Shown here piece after piece: positions 1 through 9,466 of a stretch of DNA of 64,000 bases. The notes below the pieces were generated by a model. The model saw only the letters and a program-made list of their open reading frames with translations. It searched no databases and was not told where the DNA came from. A program made the position numbers and the translations under genes. This stretch comes from an uncultured Pelagibacteraceae bacterium (GTDB lineage: Bacteria; Pseudomonadota; Alphaproteobacteria; Pelagibacterales; Pelagibacteraceae), in contig CACLVA010000001.1 of assembly GCA_902610315.1 (NCBI GenBank), positions 107,614 through 171,613 on the forward strand, written 5' to 3'. How positions within the stretch are numbered: the stretch's first letter is position 1; the number at the start of each line of letters is the position of its first letter.

Positions 1-1367
1 GCAACCAAGTTTTCTGTATTATGTTTAAATTTTTTCATTTTACTTACAGCGATTTCACAACTATCTAATCTGCTAGGTTGCCCTGAGCCAATACCCACTG
101 TTGCAGAGTCGTTTGTTAACACAATTGCATTTGATTTTACAAATCTACATACATTGAAAGCAAAAATAAGGTCATTGAACATTTTTTTATGAGGCTTCTT
201 TTTTGATACAATTTTAAAGTTTTCTTTTAGGAGGTTATCATTATCGGCATTTTGAAATATAAAGTTTTTTGAGAGAGAATTAATAACCATTTCACTGGAA
301 ACATACTTTTGATCATATTTAATAATTCTTAAATTTTTTTTTTTCTTTAAAATTGATAGGGCTTTACTATCAAAATTTTTTGCGACCACAACCTCAAAGA
401 ACCTCTTATTAATTTCCTTAGCGGTTTCATATTTGACTTTGTAATTACAAATTATAATTCCACCAAATGCGCTTATAGGGTCACAATTAAAAGCTTGATT
501 GAAACTTAATAATTGTTTTTTATCTATTGAAATTCCTGATGGATTGGCATGTTTTATTATTATTGTGCCAACCCCTTTTGGCAGAGTGTTTAAGATATCA
601 AGTCCATAATAAATATCATTATAATTATTATAACTTAATTCTTTTCCGTTTAATTTTTCTAATTCATTTAAATTATTTCTTGAATATATAGCTCCTGATT
701 GATGTGGATTTTCTCCATATCTTAATTTACTAATTAGCTTTCCACTGAAAGTTATTTTCTCTGGATTTTTATTATCCGTGATTTTATTGAAGTAATTTGA
801 AATATTTGTATCATAATAAGCAGTTTCATTAAAAGCTTCTTGCGATAAAACTTTTCTGAATTTTAGGGATGTAGAACCTTTATTGACACTCATTTCTTTA
901 GCCAAATTTTCTAATTGATAATTTGAAGTTATTATAACTACATCCTTAAAATTTTTAGCTGCCGATCTAACAAGTGCTGGACCGCCAATGTCAATATTTT
1001 CGATTATTTTACCTTCATTTTTAGTTTTAAGAATAGTTTTTTCAAAGGGGTAAAAATTTACAATTACAAGATCTATATTCTTAAAATTTTGGACTTTCAT
1101 TTGATTTAAATGCTTTTTATTCCCTCTTTTAAATAATATTCCGGAATGTATTTTTGGATGAAGGGTTTTTACTCTACCGTCTAAAATTTCTTGAAAATTT
1201 GTGAAATCACTTACTTCAATACACTTAAAACCATTTTTTCTTATATATTTATAAGTTCCACCAGAGCTTAAAATCTCTATTTTAAATTTTTTTAGGGTTG
1301 GTAATATTTTAATAAGTTGAGACTTATCAGAGACCGATATAAGAGCCCTCTTAATTTTTTTATTCAT
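1..1367 (-). CDS. purH: Bifunctional AICAR transformylase/IMP cyclohydrolase (3' end runs off the window)
   Basis: Not in the ORF track. Manual translation from ATG 1367 gives MNKKIKRALISVSDKS, followed by DGRVKTLHP, ENIDIGGP, LRYGENPHQ, SYNNYND, IKHANPSG and GIGSGQPSRLD motifs. Confidence 0.96.
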   Translation of the reverse strand, partial: MNKKIKRALISVSDKSQLIKILPTLKKFKIEILSSGGTYKYIRKNGFKCIEVSDFTNFQEILDGRVKTLHPKIHSGILFKRGNKKHLNQMKVQNFKNIDLVIVNFYPFEKTILKTKNEGKIIENIDIGGPALVRSAAKNFKDVVIITSNYQLENLAKEMSVNKGSTSLKFRKVLSQEAFNETAYYDTNISNYFNKITDNKNPEKITFSGKLISKLRYGENPHQSGAIYSRNNLNELEKLNGKELSYNNYNDIYYGLDILNTLPKGVGTIIIKHANPSGISIDKKQLLSFNQAFNCDPISAFGGIIICNYKVKYETAKEINKRFFEVVVAKNFDSKALSILKKKKNLRIIKYDQKYVSSEMVINSLSKNFIFQNADNDNLLKENFKIVSKKKPHKKMFNDLIFAFNVCRFVKSNAIVLTNDSATVGIGSGQPSRLDSCEIAVSKMKKFKHNTENLV

Positions 1368-2989
1368 ATTCTCTTAATTTCCCATTTAATTATTTCTCTT
1401 TCTTTTGTGATTTCCCCGTTTACATAAATATTCTTATTTTCAGTGAAAGAGTCCTTTTTGCCAAAATATAATCCTGTTTCAACACCAAAATTTTTATGGT
1501 TACAAGTAAATTTCCAACCAGATTTTTTAAGTTGCAATAAAATAGACTGCTTATCTTGTGTCTTTATTGCATTCGTGCCCGGTAGCAAGTGAAATCTTAT
1601 ATCAAAACCAACTTTTCTAAAATTCTTTTTACAAATTATAATGTCTTCTCCAATGTACTTAAATTCTTTTGTAAAAAATTTTATATTTCTTTCATGTAAA
1701 ATACCGTATTCCTTTAAATAACCATCATGTGTTCCTCGTATTTCCCATGTTTCATCATCGTGATAAACTTTCTTATTTGATATTTTCATAGTATTTTCTA
1801 AAGTAAAGTAACCTAACTTATCTTTTTTAAATTTACATGAAGACCTATCATCAATTGAAAGTGTAGAATGTGCAGCTGTTGATTTAGATAAAATATTCAA
1901 TTTATGATTATAATTCTGAAAATAACCGCAATTTGTAATCAATTTTTCTTTTTCGTGAAAAATTTCAAACGACAAGGCACCAGATTGGTAGTCAGCAGAA
2001 TATCTTTTTTCTGGTGTGGGTCCAAAATCTACTATAATTCTGTCTTTTTTATTTCTAATTATTGAATATCCACCCAAACTATTTAATTTATTTTTAAATT
2101 TATAACCGTGTTCCTTAAGATATTTTTTGAAACCAGTAATATCTAAATTATGGTTGCCATTAAATAAAAACGTACAATCGCTCTCTTCGAAATAAAAATC
2201 GAATGATTGGCCAAGATAAAAAATAATTTCATTTAAATATTCTGGTATATCAGTATTAGAATCTTTTAATAATTCTCTTATAAAAACAAAATATTTTAAA
2301 TAAAAAATTACTTGTCTTGGATTTCTAGATTTCGGGAAACCATCATTGTCAAAAATTGAATTAATTATCTTTTTTAATAATTGAAATCCAATATTTAAAT
2401 AATGCATTTGATTTTTAAAACATAAACCACCCATAATGATTGCAGAACATCCAATCATTTTATCATTAACAAATTCAGTATTTTCTATTTCATTCGTTAA
2501 ATGATTTAATTGTTTTTTTAAAATATTTACAAAATTTAATTTAAAATTCTCATCACCTTCATGATAGAAACTATTACTATTTGCTATCCAAGAAATAATT
2601 CTTTTTGAGAGCGTGTCCAGTTCCCAGCTTTTAAAACTGTAGTTTTGATTTAAATTTATCCAATTAAAAATTACAGATCTAGTAATTTTTTTGGAAGATT
2701 TTAAATCAATAGTGAATAACCAAAAAAAACTATGGAGTTTTTTAAAATCCTTTTCCGAAAAGTTCTTATTTTCCCAAATACTCTCAATGTTGTAATCTTC
2801 GATTCTATTTCTTCTGTCTCTAACTTTTACTATACAATCAAATATTTTAAGATGTGGAACATATTCAAACCCACCATCCAAAACCTTTGAAATTTTTTTA
2901 TTGTAAATACCAGAGTTTAAATAAAATTTTCTTATTTGTTTTGTAATATATAAAAAAGGATTAGTTATAGAATTTTCTTTGTAACCCAT
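1364..2989 (-). CDS. Heparinase II/III family protein
   Basis: GALSFE, ITNCG, STAAHST, HDGY and IRFHL motifs; typical alphaproteobacterial position between rpe and purH. Confidence 0.8.
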   Translation of the reverse strand: MGYKENSITNPFLYITKQIRKFYLNSGIYNKKISKVLDGGFEYVPHLKIFDCIVKVRDRRNRIEDYNIESIWENKNFSEKDFKKLHSFFWLFTIDLKSSKKITRSVIFNWINLNQNYSFKSWELDTLSKRIISWIANSNSFYHEGDENFKLNFVNILKKQLNHLTNEIENTEFVNDKMIGCSAIIMGGLCFKNQMHYLNIGFQLLKKIINSIFDNDGFPKSRNPRQVIFYLKYFVFIRELLKDSNTDIPEYLNEIIFYLGQSFDFYFEESDCTFLFNGNHNLDITGFKKYLKEHGYKFKNKLNSLGGYSIIRNKKDRIIVDFGPTPEKRYSADYQSGALSFEIFHEKEKLITNCGYFQNYNHKLNILSKSTAAHSTLSIDDRSSCKFKKDKLGYFTLENTMKISNKKVYHDDETWEIRGTHDGYLKEYGILHERNIKFFTKEFKYIGEDIIICKKNFRKVGFDIRFHLLPGTNAIKTQDKQSILLQLKKSGWKFTCNHKNFGVETGLYFGKKDSFTENKNIYVNGEITKEREIIKWEIKRI

Positions 2990-2997
2990 ATTATTTT

Positions 2998-3657
2998 TTA
3001 AATATTTTTAAAGAAATTTATATTTTTTTTTATATCTCCGTTATTTTCTTTAAAAATTGTTGTACCTGAAACTAAAACATTTGCACCAGCTTCAAGCACT
3101 TCTTTAAAATTTGAAAAATTTATTCCCCCGTCGACTTCAATATCAAATTGAAAATTTTTTTTATGTTTGATTTCACTTATTTTTTCAATTTTTTTAAGAA
3201 CATCTTTTATAAATTTTTGCCCTCCAAATCCTGGAAAAACACTCATTACTAAAACTAAATCAATTTGATCTAGATATTTTTCTATTACTTCAATTTTTGT
3301 ATCTGGATTTAATGATAAACCTACTTTTTTTTTATATTTTTTTATTTCATCAATAGACCCTTGTAGTGAAGATGTTGCCTCTGGGTGTATTGTGATTATA
3401 TCCGCTCCACTATCTGCATAATCTTTTATGTACTTGTGAACAGGATTGATCATTAAATGTACATCAAATGGAATATTAGTATATTTCCTCAAAGCTTTTA
3501 TTACTGGTGGACCTATAGTTAGATTTGGTACAAAGTGACCATCCATAACATCTACATGAATCATATCAGCCCCACTATTCTCTAAATTTTTAATTTCTTG
3601 TCCAAGCTGACTAAAATCTGCGGATAAAATTGATGGTGATATTTTTATTTTTTTCAT
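2998..3657 (-). CDS. rpe: Ribulose-phosphate 3-epimerase
   Basis: SPSILSADF, HVDVMDGHFVPN, DVHLM, MSVFPGFGGQ, EVDGG. Confidence 0.97.
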   Translation of the reverse strand: MKKIKISPSILSADFSQLGQEIKNLENSGADMIHVDVMDGHFVPNLTIGPPVIKALRKYTNIPFDVHLMINPVHKYIKDYADSGADIITIHPEATSSLQGSIDEIKKYKKKVGLSLNPDTKIEVIEKYLDQIDLVLVMSVFPGFGGQKFIKDVLKKIEKISEIKHKKNFQFDIEVDGGINFSNFKEVLEAGANVLVSGTTIFKENNGDIKKNINFFKNI

Positions 3658-3699
3658 TGATACTTATTTACTAGTATCAATTTTTGTTTTTTTTTTGAA

Positions 3700-4050
3700 T
3701 TATTTTTTACCAAATATTTGATAGATTTGAGACGCAATTTCACTTTCCAATGGAAAAGAGAGCATACCCATTACTGAATAACCCATTAAGTAAGGCATTA
3801 GATAAAATCTGAACATGTAGAAAAACCAGGCAACATATAAAGGAACCAAAGGTTTTATTATGAAGGATGGAGTTATAAACCTAAACATTGTTATAAAAGG
3901 ATCGGTTAATTTTACAAAAACTCTCATAAAGAAGAAACTAGAGTCTTCCCTTTGAAATATGTTCATTGCAACTCTACCAATTAAAGTCCACATGATCATA
4001 CCCATGACGTAGTCAATTAGATAAATCATTGGGTGAAAGTTTGCGTACAT
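3700..4050 (-). CDS. Small membrane protein, distantly YggT-like, downstream of the symporter
   Basis: Hydrophobic helices; FVKLTDPF resembles the YggT 'R.TEP' motif. Confidence 0.55.
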   Translation of the reverse strand: MYANFHPMIYLIDYVMGMIMWTLIGRVAMNIFQREDSSFFFMRVFVKLTDPFITMFRFITPSFIIKPLVPLYVAWFFYMFRFYLMPYLMGYSVMGMLSFPLESEIASQIYQIFGKK

Positions 4051-4059
4051 GTCTGTGTG

Positions 4060-4096
4060 AAAAAAAGTTAAGGGGCGATAAATTCTCGCCCCTTAA
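4060..4096 (-). terminator. Intrinsic terminator after the symporter gene
   Basis: Inverted repeat TTAAGGGGCGA (4068-4078) / TCGCCCCTTAA (4086-4096), followed on the minus strand by a T-run. Confidence 0.85.
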
Positions 4097-4107
4097 AAAT
4101 TAAGTAT

Positions 4108-5928
4108 TTAGTGTTGTCTTCCTAGTATCGCTTTACCACTTGGTACACGAACTTCGTCTACCATTTTCTGTGTAGCAGCGTCTGGCGCTTTAGTTGCCAA
4201 GCTGACTACGATCATAAGTACTAAGCTTACTACTGATCCAACTATACCAAATGTTAACTGAGTAATATCTAAGAAACCAGGGTAACCACTTCTTACAGCA
4301 ATTAAGTATGCTGTTCCAGCGACTAGTCCTCCTAGCATTCCCGCGACTGCTCCTTGAGCATTTGCTCTCTTCCACCATACTCCTAGTACAAGTGGGAAGA
4401 ATAATCCTGACATCGCAAAGTCAAAAGCCCAGATAACCGAACCTAAGATACCTTGAATTTCAAGAGCTGCAATTGTTGCCCCAGCGAAACCAATTAATAC
4501 AAGTAATATCCTTGCGATCAACAATCTTTTAGCTGTTTCCGCTTTAGGGTTAATCATCTTGTAGTAAATGTCGTGAGATAATGCATTAGATATCGCTAAC
4601 ACTAATCCGTCAGCTGTTGACATGGCAGCAGCCATACCTCCAGCAGCAACTAGACCAGAAATTACATATGGTAATCCTGCTATCTCTGGAGTTGCCAATA
4701 CAACGGCTTTACCACCCATGAAGAACTCGTTTAATTCGAGCGTTCCATTTCCGTTAAAGTCGCTTACAAACATTAAGTTTGCTTGGTTCCAGTTTTGATA
4801 CCAGTCAATTGCTTGAACTTCAGAAATTGACTTACCAATAATTCCTGTTGCTAAGTTTGGATCCATTAACGATAGTTTAGATAATGTAGCTAACATCGGA
4901 GCTGATGAATAAAGTAGGAATATAAAGAATAGTGACCAACCTACTGATCTTCTAGCAGCTTTTACACTTGGAGTAGTAAAATATCTCATCATAACGTGTG
5001 GCAATGAAGCTGTTCCAGCCATCATACAAACCGCTAATGAAATAAATTTCCAAGGTGTAGTGTTAACTTCAGCGTGCGCTTTGGTTATACCAGATAGTCC
5101 TTTAGGAACCTGTTTTAAATCAGCTGCAGAATTTTTAACACTGCCAAGACCAAACTGAGCTTCTAACTCAGCGATTCTAGCAACTTCATCTGCTAACATT
5201 AAGTGTGGAAATACTCCAGCACCCATTTTGTTACTGATCCAGAATACAGGTATCAAGTAAGCTATAATCAATACAATGTATTGAGCTACTTGCGTCCATG
5301 TAACCGCTCTCATTCCACCAAGCATTGAACACATCAATATACTTGCTAATCCTACGTAAACAGCAATGTTAAAAGGAATATCAAGTGCAACTGATGCAAT
5401 TGTTCCTGTAGCATTAATCTGCGCTGTCACATAAGTGAATGATGCAACTGTTAAGACTATTACCGCAGATAGTCTAGCTAAGTTTCCGCCATATCTAGTT
5501 CCAATGAAATCTGGAACTGTGTAACAACCAAATTTTCTTAAATATGGTGCTAGTAGCGAAGCAACTAGTACGTATCCACCCGTCCAACCAACAAGTAGCG
5601 CCATATAACCATAACCTTTGAAGTAAATTCCCCCAGCCATCGCAACGAATGAAGCACCAGACATCCAGTCTGCTGCTGTCGCCATACCGTTGAACACTGT
5701 TGGAACTTGTCTTCCAGCTAGATAATATGCATCAACTTGAATTGTACGAGATAGGTAACCAATTAGTGCATAAATTAAAACTGTAAATGCTACAAAGCAA
5801 ATTCCAATTACTTTTGCAGACATTCCAGCTTGTTCTCCAATCGCCATCAAGATTATGAAAACTATAAAACCACCGGTGTATGTTCCATAAATCTTGGGGA
5901 GATTGTTTATAAAATTACCCTTAAACAT
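4108..5928 (-). CDS. actP: Sodium:solute symporter, ActP/VC_2705-like (acetate/monocarboxylate)
   Basis: NGMATAADWMSGASF, GGMRAVTWTQVAQY, GTASLPH; preceded by a DUF4212 partner and close to acs. Confidence 0.85.
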   Translation of the reverse strand: MFKGNFINNLPKIYGTYTGGFIVFIILMAIGEQAGMSAKVIGICFVAFTVLIYALIGYLSRTIQVDAYYLAGRQVPTVFNGMATAADWMSGASFVAMAGGIYFKGYGYMALLVGWTGGYVLVASLLAPYLRKFGCYTVPDFIGTRYGGNLARLSAVIVLTVASFTYVTAQINATGTIASVALDIPFNIAVYVGLASILMCSMLGGMRAVTWTQVAQYIVLIIAYLIPVFWISNKMGAGVFPHLMLADEVARIAELEAQFGLGSVKNSAADLKQVPKGLSGITKAHAEVNTTPWKFISLAVCMMAGTASLPHVMMRYFTTPSVKAARRSVGWSLFFIFLLYSSAPMLATLSKLSLMDPNLATGIIGKSISEVQAIDWYQNWNQANLMFVSDFNGNGTLELNEFFMGGKAVVLATPEIAGLPYVISGLVAAGGMAAAMSTADGLVLAISNALSHDIYYKMINPKAETAKRLLIARILLVLIGFAGATIAALEIQGILGSVIWAFDFAMSGLFFPLVLGVWWKRANAQGAVAGMLGGLVAGTAYLIAVRSGYPGFLDITQLTFGIVGSVVSLVLMIVVSLATKAPDAATQKMVDEVRVPSGKAILGRQH

Positions 5929-6191
5929 TAGTCATCCTCTCTTTCAGAAAAGCCGAACTCTTCATCAATCTTTTCTTGTCTTCCCGCAAACCAAAAAATT
6001 AGTATTACGAAAATTCCAAGAGAACCCTGACATGTCATATAATATGACAATGGATATCCAAAAGGTTTAATAGATGATGCTTCCATTTCGGCACCGAAGA
6101 GGAAGATGCCAATAGAGAAAACGAACCAGATAGCTAGCGTTACAAAAAGCAGGCCTCTAGTCTTTTCCCAATGTTGTGCTTGTTTTGACAT
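5928..6191 (-). CDS. DUF4212 small symporter partner protein
   Basis: Two TM helices, FGYPLSYYMTCQGS motif, acidic tail; 1-nt overlap with the symporter; upstream AGGGAGGG RBS. Confidence 0.85.
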   Translation of the reverse strand: MSKQAQHWEKTRGLLFVTLAIWFVFSIGIFLFGAEMEASSIKPFGYPLSYYMTCQGSLGIFVILIFWFAGRQEKIDEEFGFSEREDD

Positions 6192-6309
6192 TTTTTTCCC
6201 TCCCTATAGGTTAAAAGACGAAAGATTACTCATTATGAAAAATATTGGAACCCCTAAAATTCTCGTATTTTTTGTTATTTTATAATATATTACAACTTTT
6301 AGTATACAT

Positions 6310-6936
6310 ATGACTCTAAAATATAGATTCAATCTCAAAGATATAAAATTAGAGGATTTCAAGGTCTATCTATTGGCAATGTTCAAGGGAATTTTGCCTA
6401 AAAAAAAAATTAAAAATTTTTTGGATCTCGAACAATTTATCCAAAAAAAATCTGCTTGGGTTACCCAAGTAACTTTGTACAATTATTTAAAAACAAGAAT
6501 GGGTACCAAATATGTTTTACATTTTGATAATGATGTTTTTATTGATTCAATTAATTTAGCAAAATGGAACATCTATATAATTTCTTTACAAGATTTAACA
6601 TTCTTCACATTTTCTTATATCCATAATAATTTTAATCTTAATGATTTTGAAAAGTCTAAAAGAATTTACGAAACAATAATTGACGAAGAAATTAAGAACG
6701 GTATGCCAGAAGACATAGCAGCCCACGGAAAAAAAACTTTTTTTGAAAGATATGAAAAAATTGATTGGAAAAAGTATTATAACTCACTTCCATTTAATCC
6801 TAGTGCACTAGCACTTTATAAATGGGCTCCCATTGCAGAGGAATTAAAGACTTTAGACAGAAAAATTGTTTTAAACTCTATGATACTTAAGTGGGATAAT
6901 ATTAAAGATGAATTTATAAAACTTATAAAGTTTTAA
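6310..6936 (+). CDS. Hypothetical protein
   Basis: 208-aa ORF filling the gap between the symporter operon and acs; no family recognised. Confidence 0.65.
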   Translation: MTLKYRFNLKDIKLEDFKVYLLAMFKGILPKKKIKNFLDLEQFIQKKSAWVTQVTLYNYLKTRMGTKYVLHFDNDVFIDSINLAKWNIYIISLQDLTFFTFSYIHNNFNLNDFEKSKRIYETIIDEEIKNGMPEDIAAHGKKTFFERYEKIDWKKYYNSLPFNPSALALYKWAPIAEELKTLDRKIVLNSMILKWDNIKDEFIKLIKF

Positions 6937-8999
6937 ACATTTTTTCTCTCATCAACTAAACTTTGTACAACACTTGGGTCAGCTAAAGTTGTTGTATCAC
7001 CAAGTTGATCATGTTCGTTTGCTGCAATCTTTCTTAAAATTCTTCTCATTATTTTTCCAGATCTGGTTTTTGGTAATCCAGGAGAAAAATGTATTAAATC
7101 AGGTGTTGCAATTGGACCTATCTGTTTTCTAACCCATAACTTTAATTCTCTTTCTAAATCACCATCTGCTTTTTCACCTACATTAAGAGTGACATAACAA
7201 TAAAGACCGTTACCTTTTATATCATGAGGATACCCAACTACTGCAGCCTCAGCTACTTTTGGATGTGCAACGAATGCACTTTCAATTTCAGCTGTGCCTA
7301 GATTATGACCAGATACAATTATTACATCATCAACTCTACCTGTTATCCAATAATATCCATCTTTATCTCTTCTGCATCCATCTCCAGTAAAATACTTTCC
7401 ATCAAATTGAGAAAAATAAGTTTCAATAAATCTGTTATGATCGCCATAAACTGTTCTCATTTGTCCAGGCCATGATTGAGCGATACATAATCTTCCTTGA
7501 GCTTCTCCTTTTAATACTTTTCCATTTTTATCAACGATAACTGGTTTGATCCCATAGAATGGTTTAGTCGCAGACCCTGGTTTTAGATCTATTGCACCAG
7601 TTTGTGGACTTATTAAAATTCCTCCAGTTTCTGTTTGCCACCAAGTATCAACTATAGGGCATTTGGAGTCACCAACAGTTTTATAATACCATTCCCATGC
7701 CTCTGGATTTATCGGTTCACCAACTGTGCCAAGTAATTTAAGTGTTTTTCTTGACGTTTTCTTTACAGGTTTATCCCCTTCTCTCATCAAGGCTCTAATA
7801 GCGGTTGGCGCTGTGTAAAATATATTAACCTTATATTTATCAACAATCTGCCACCATCTTGAAGAGTCAGGATAAGTTGGTATTCCTTCAAACATTAAAG
7901 TCGTAGCACCATTTGCGAGTGGTCCATATATTATGTAACTATGCCCTGTTACCCAGCCAATATCCGCTGTACACCAATAAATATCTTTTGGCTTGTAATT
8001 AAAAATGTATTGATGTGTCATCGATGCATAAACTAGATAACCTCCTGTTGTATGTAGAACACCTTTTGGTTTTCCCGTAGATCCTGATGTGTACAAAATA
8101 AAAAGAGGATCTTCAGCATTCATTTCCTCAGGCTCGCAGTACGTAGAAACATTTTTAGTAATGTCATGATACCAAACATCTCGACTACTATCCCAGCTGA
8201 CATCATTACCTGTTCGTTTGACCACAACGCATTTTTTTACATTGGGACAACTCATTAAAGCTTCATCCGTAATTGATTTTAAAGGTATTGTTTTACCACC
8301 CCTAATTCCCTCGTCAGCCGTAACTACGTAATCGGACTCACAATCATTTATACGTCCGGCAATACTATCAGGAGAGAAACCACCAAATATTATTGAATGA
8401 ATAGCGCCAATTCTTGCACATGCTAACATCGTGTAAGCCAGCTCTGGTATCATTGTTAAATAAATAGTAATTCTATCACCTTTTTGAACACCAATTTCTT
8501 TTAATCCATTTGCAATTTTACAAACCTCATTATGTAACTGTTTGTATGTAATTTTTTTTTGAACTTTTGGATCATCACCGACCCACATAATTGCAGTTTT
8601 ATCTTTATTATTTTTTAAATGTCTATCTATGCAATTAGCTGATGCATTTAGAGTGCCATCGTAAAACCATTTAATGTTTACATCTGAACTACTATATTTA
8701 ACATCTTTAATTTTAGTGTATGGCTTAATCCACGTAACTCTTTTTCCTTCTTTTCTCCAAAATCCGTCGTTATCTTTTATAGATTGACTATACTTTTTTT
8801 CGTAGATAGTTTTACTAACTAAAGCCTTTTTTAACCATTCAGACTTAACCTTATAAATTTTTTCTGATGATTTGTTATCTTTCGATTTTAATTTCTTAAC
8901 TCTTTTTTTATATCTTTTAATTTTTCTAGATTTAGACTTAGATCTATATTTTTTATTTGTTTTTCGCTTAGTTTTTCTTTTTTTTGATTTTTTTGCCAT
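6933..8999 (-). CDS. acs: Acetyl-CoA synthetase with a Lys/Arg-rich N-terminal extension
   Basis: [46 protein letters not shown]. Confidence 0.97.
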   Translation of the reverse strand: MAKKSKKRKTKRKTNKKYRSKSKSRKIKRYKKRVKKLKSKDNKSSEKIYKVKSEWLKKALVSKTIYEKKYSQSIKDNDGFWRKEGKRVTWIKPYTKIKDVKYSSSDVNIKWFYDGTLNASANCIDRHLKNNKDKTAIMWVGDDPKVQKKITYKQLHNEVCKIANGLKEIGVQKGDRITIYLTMIPELAYTMLACARIGAIHSIIFGGFSPDSIAGRINDCESDYVVTADEGIRGGKTIPLKSITDEALMSCPNVKKCVVVKRTGNDVSWDSSRDVWYHDITKNVSTYCEPEEMNAEDPLFILYTSGSTGKPKGVLHTTGGYLVYASMTHQYIFNYKPKDIYWCTADIGWVTGHSYIIYGPLANGATTLMFEGIPTYPDSSRWWQIVDKYKVNIFYTAPTAIRALMREGDKPVKKTSRKTLKLLGTVGEPINPEAWEWYYKTVGDSKCPIVDTWWQTETGGILISPQTGAIDLKPGSATKPFYGIKPVIVDKNGKVLKGEAQGRLCIAQSWPGQMRTVYGDHNRFIETYFSQFDGKYFTGDGCRRDKDGYYWITGRVDDVIIVSGHNLGTAEIESAFVAHPKVAEAAVVGYPHDIKGNGLYCYVTLNVGEKADGDLERELKLWVRKQIGPIATPDLIHFSPGLPKTRSGKIMRRILRKIAANEHDQLGDTTTLADPSVVQSLVDERKNV

Positions 9000-9420
9000 A
9001 ATTTATTTTTATATTACCCATATTATTTAAAATCTTCCAGCTTTTAGAGTCAATAGGCATTACTGATAATCTGCTTTGTTTTATGAGGGGTAATTGATTT
9101 AGATGCTCAATTTTCTTTATATTTTCTAAACTTACTGGATTTTTAAATTTTTTTTTAAACTCAACTCTCACTGCTACAAATTTTTTCATTTTATCTGTCG
9201 GGTCAATAAAGGCTTCCTTTATGACTTTTACAATACCAACAATTTCTTTACCCACATTAGAATGATAAAAAAAACAAAGATCACCAGCTTTCATATTTCT
9301 TAAATTTTTAGCAGCTTGATAATTTCTTACTCCATCCCAAATTGCACCTTTAGCTCCAGCTTTAATTTGTTGATCAATAGACCAAACGTCAGGTTCTGAT
9401 TTAATTAACCAGTAATTCAT
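8968..9420 (-). CDS. EVE domain protein
   Basis: [29 protein letters not shown]. Confidence 0.93.
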   Translation of the reverse strand: MNYWLIKSEPDVWSIDQQIKAGAKGAIWDGVRNYQAAKNLRNMKAGDLCFFYHSNVGKEIVGIVKVIKEAFIDPTDKMKKFVAVRVEFKKKFKNPVSLENIKKIEHLNQLPLIKQSRLSVMPIDSKSWKILNNMGNIKINYGKKIKKKKN

Positions 9421-9466
9421 TTAGAATAGTTTTTTTTTATTTAAATTTACATTAAAATGAAAAAAT

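Noticed and set aside
1364-2989. Heparinase II/III gene as a sign of polysaccharide degradation
   Set aside because: It has no signal peptide or sugar-utilisation neighbours, and rpe/purH linkage is an ordinary alphaproteobacterial arrangement.
8968-9420. EVE protein as a modification-dependent anti-phage system
   Set aside because: It is a stand-alone EVE in its usual tsaD/acs housekeeping context with no nuclease partner.
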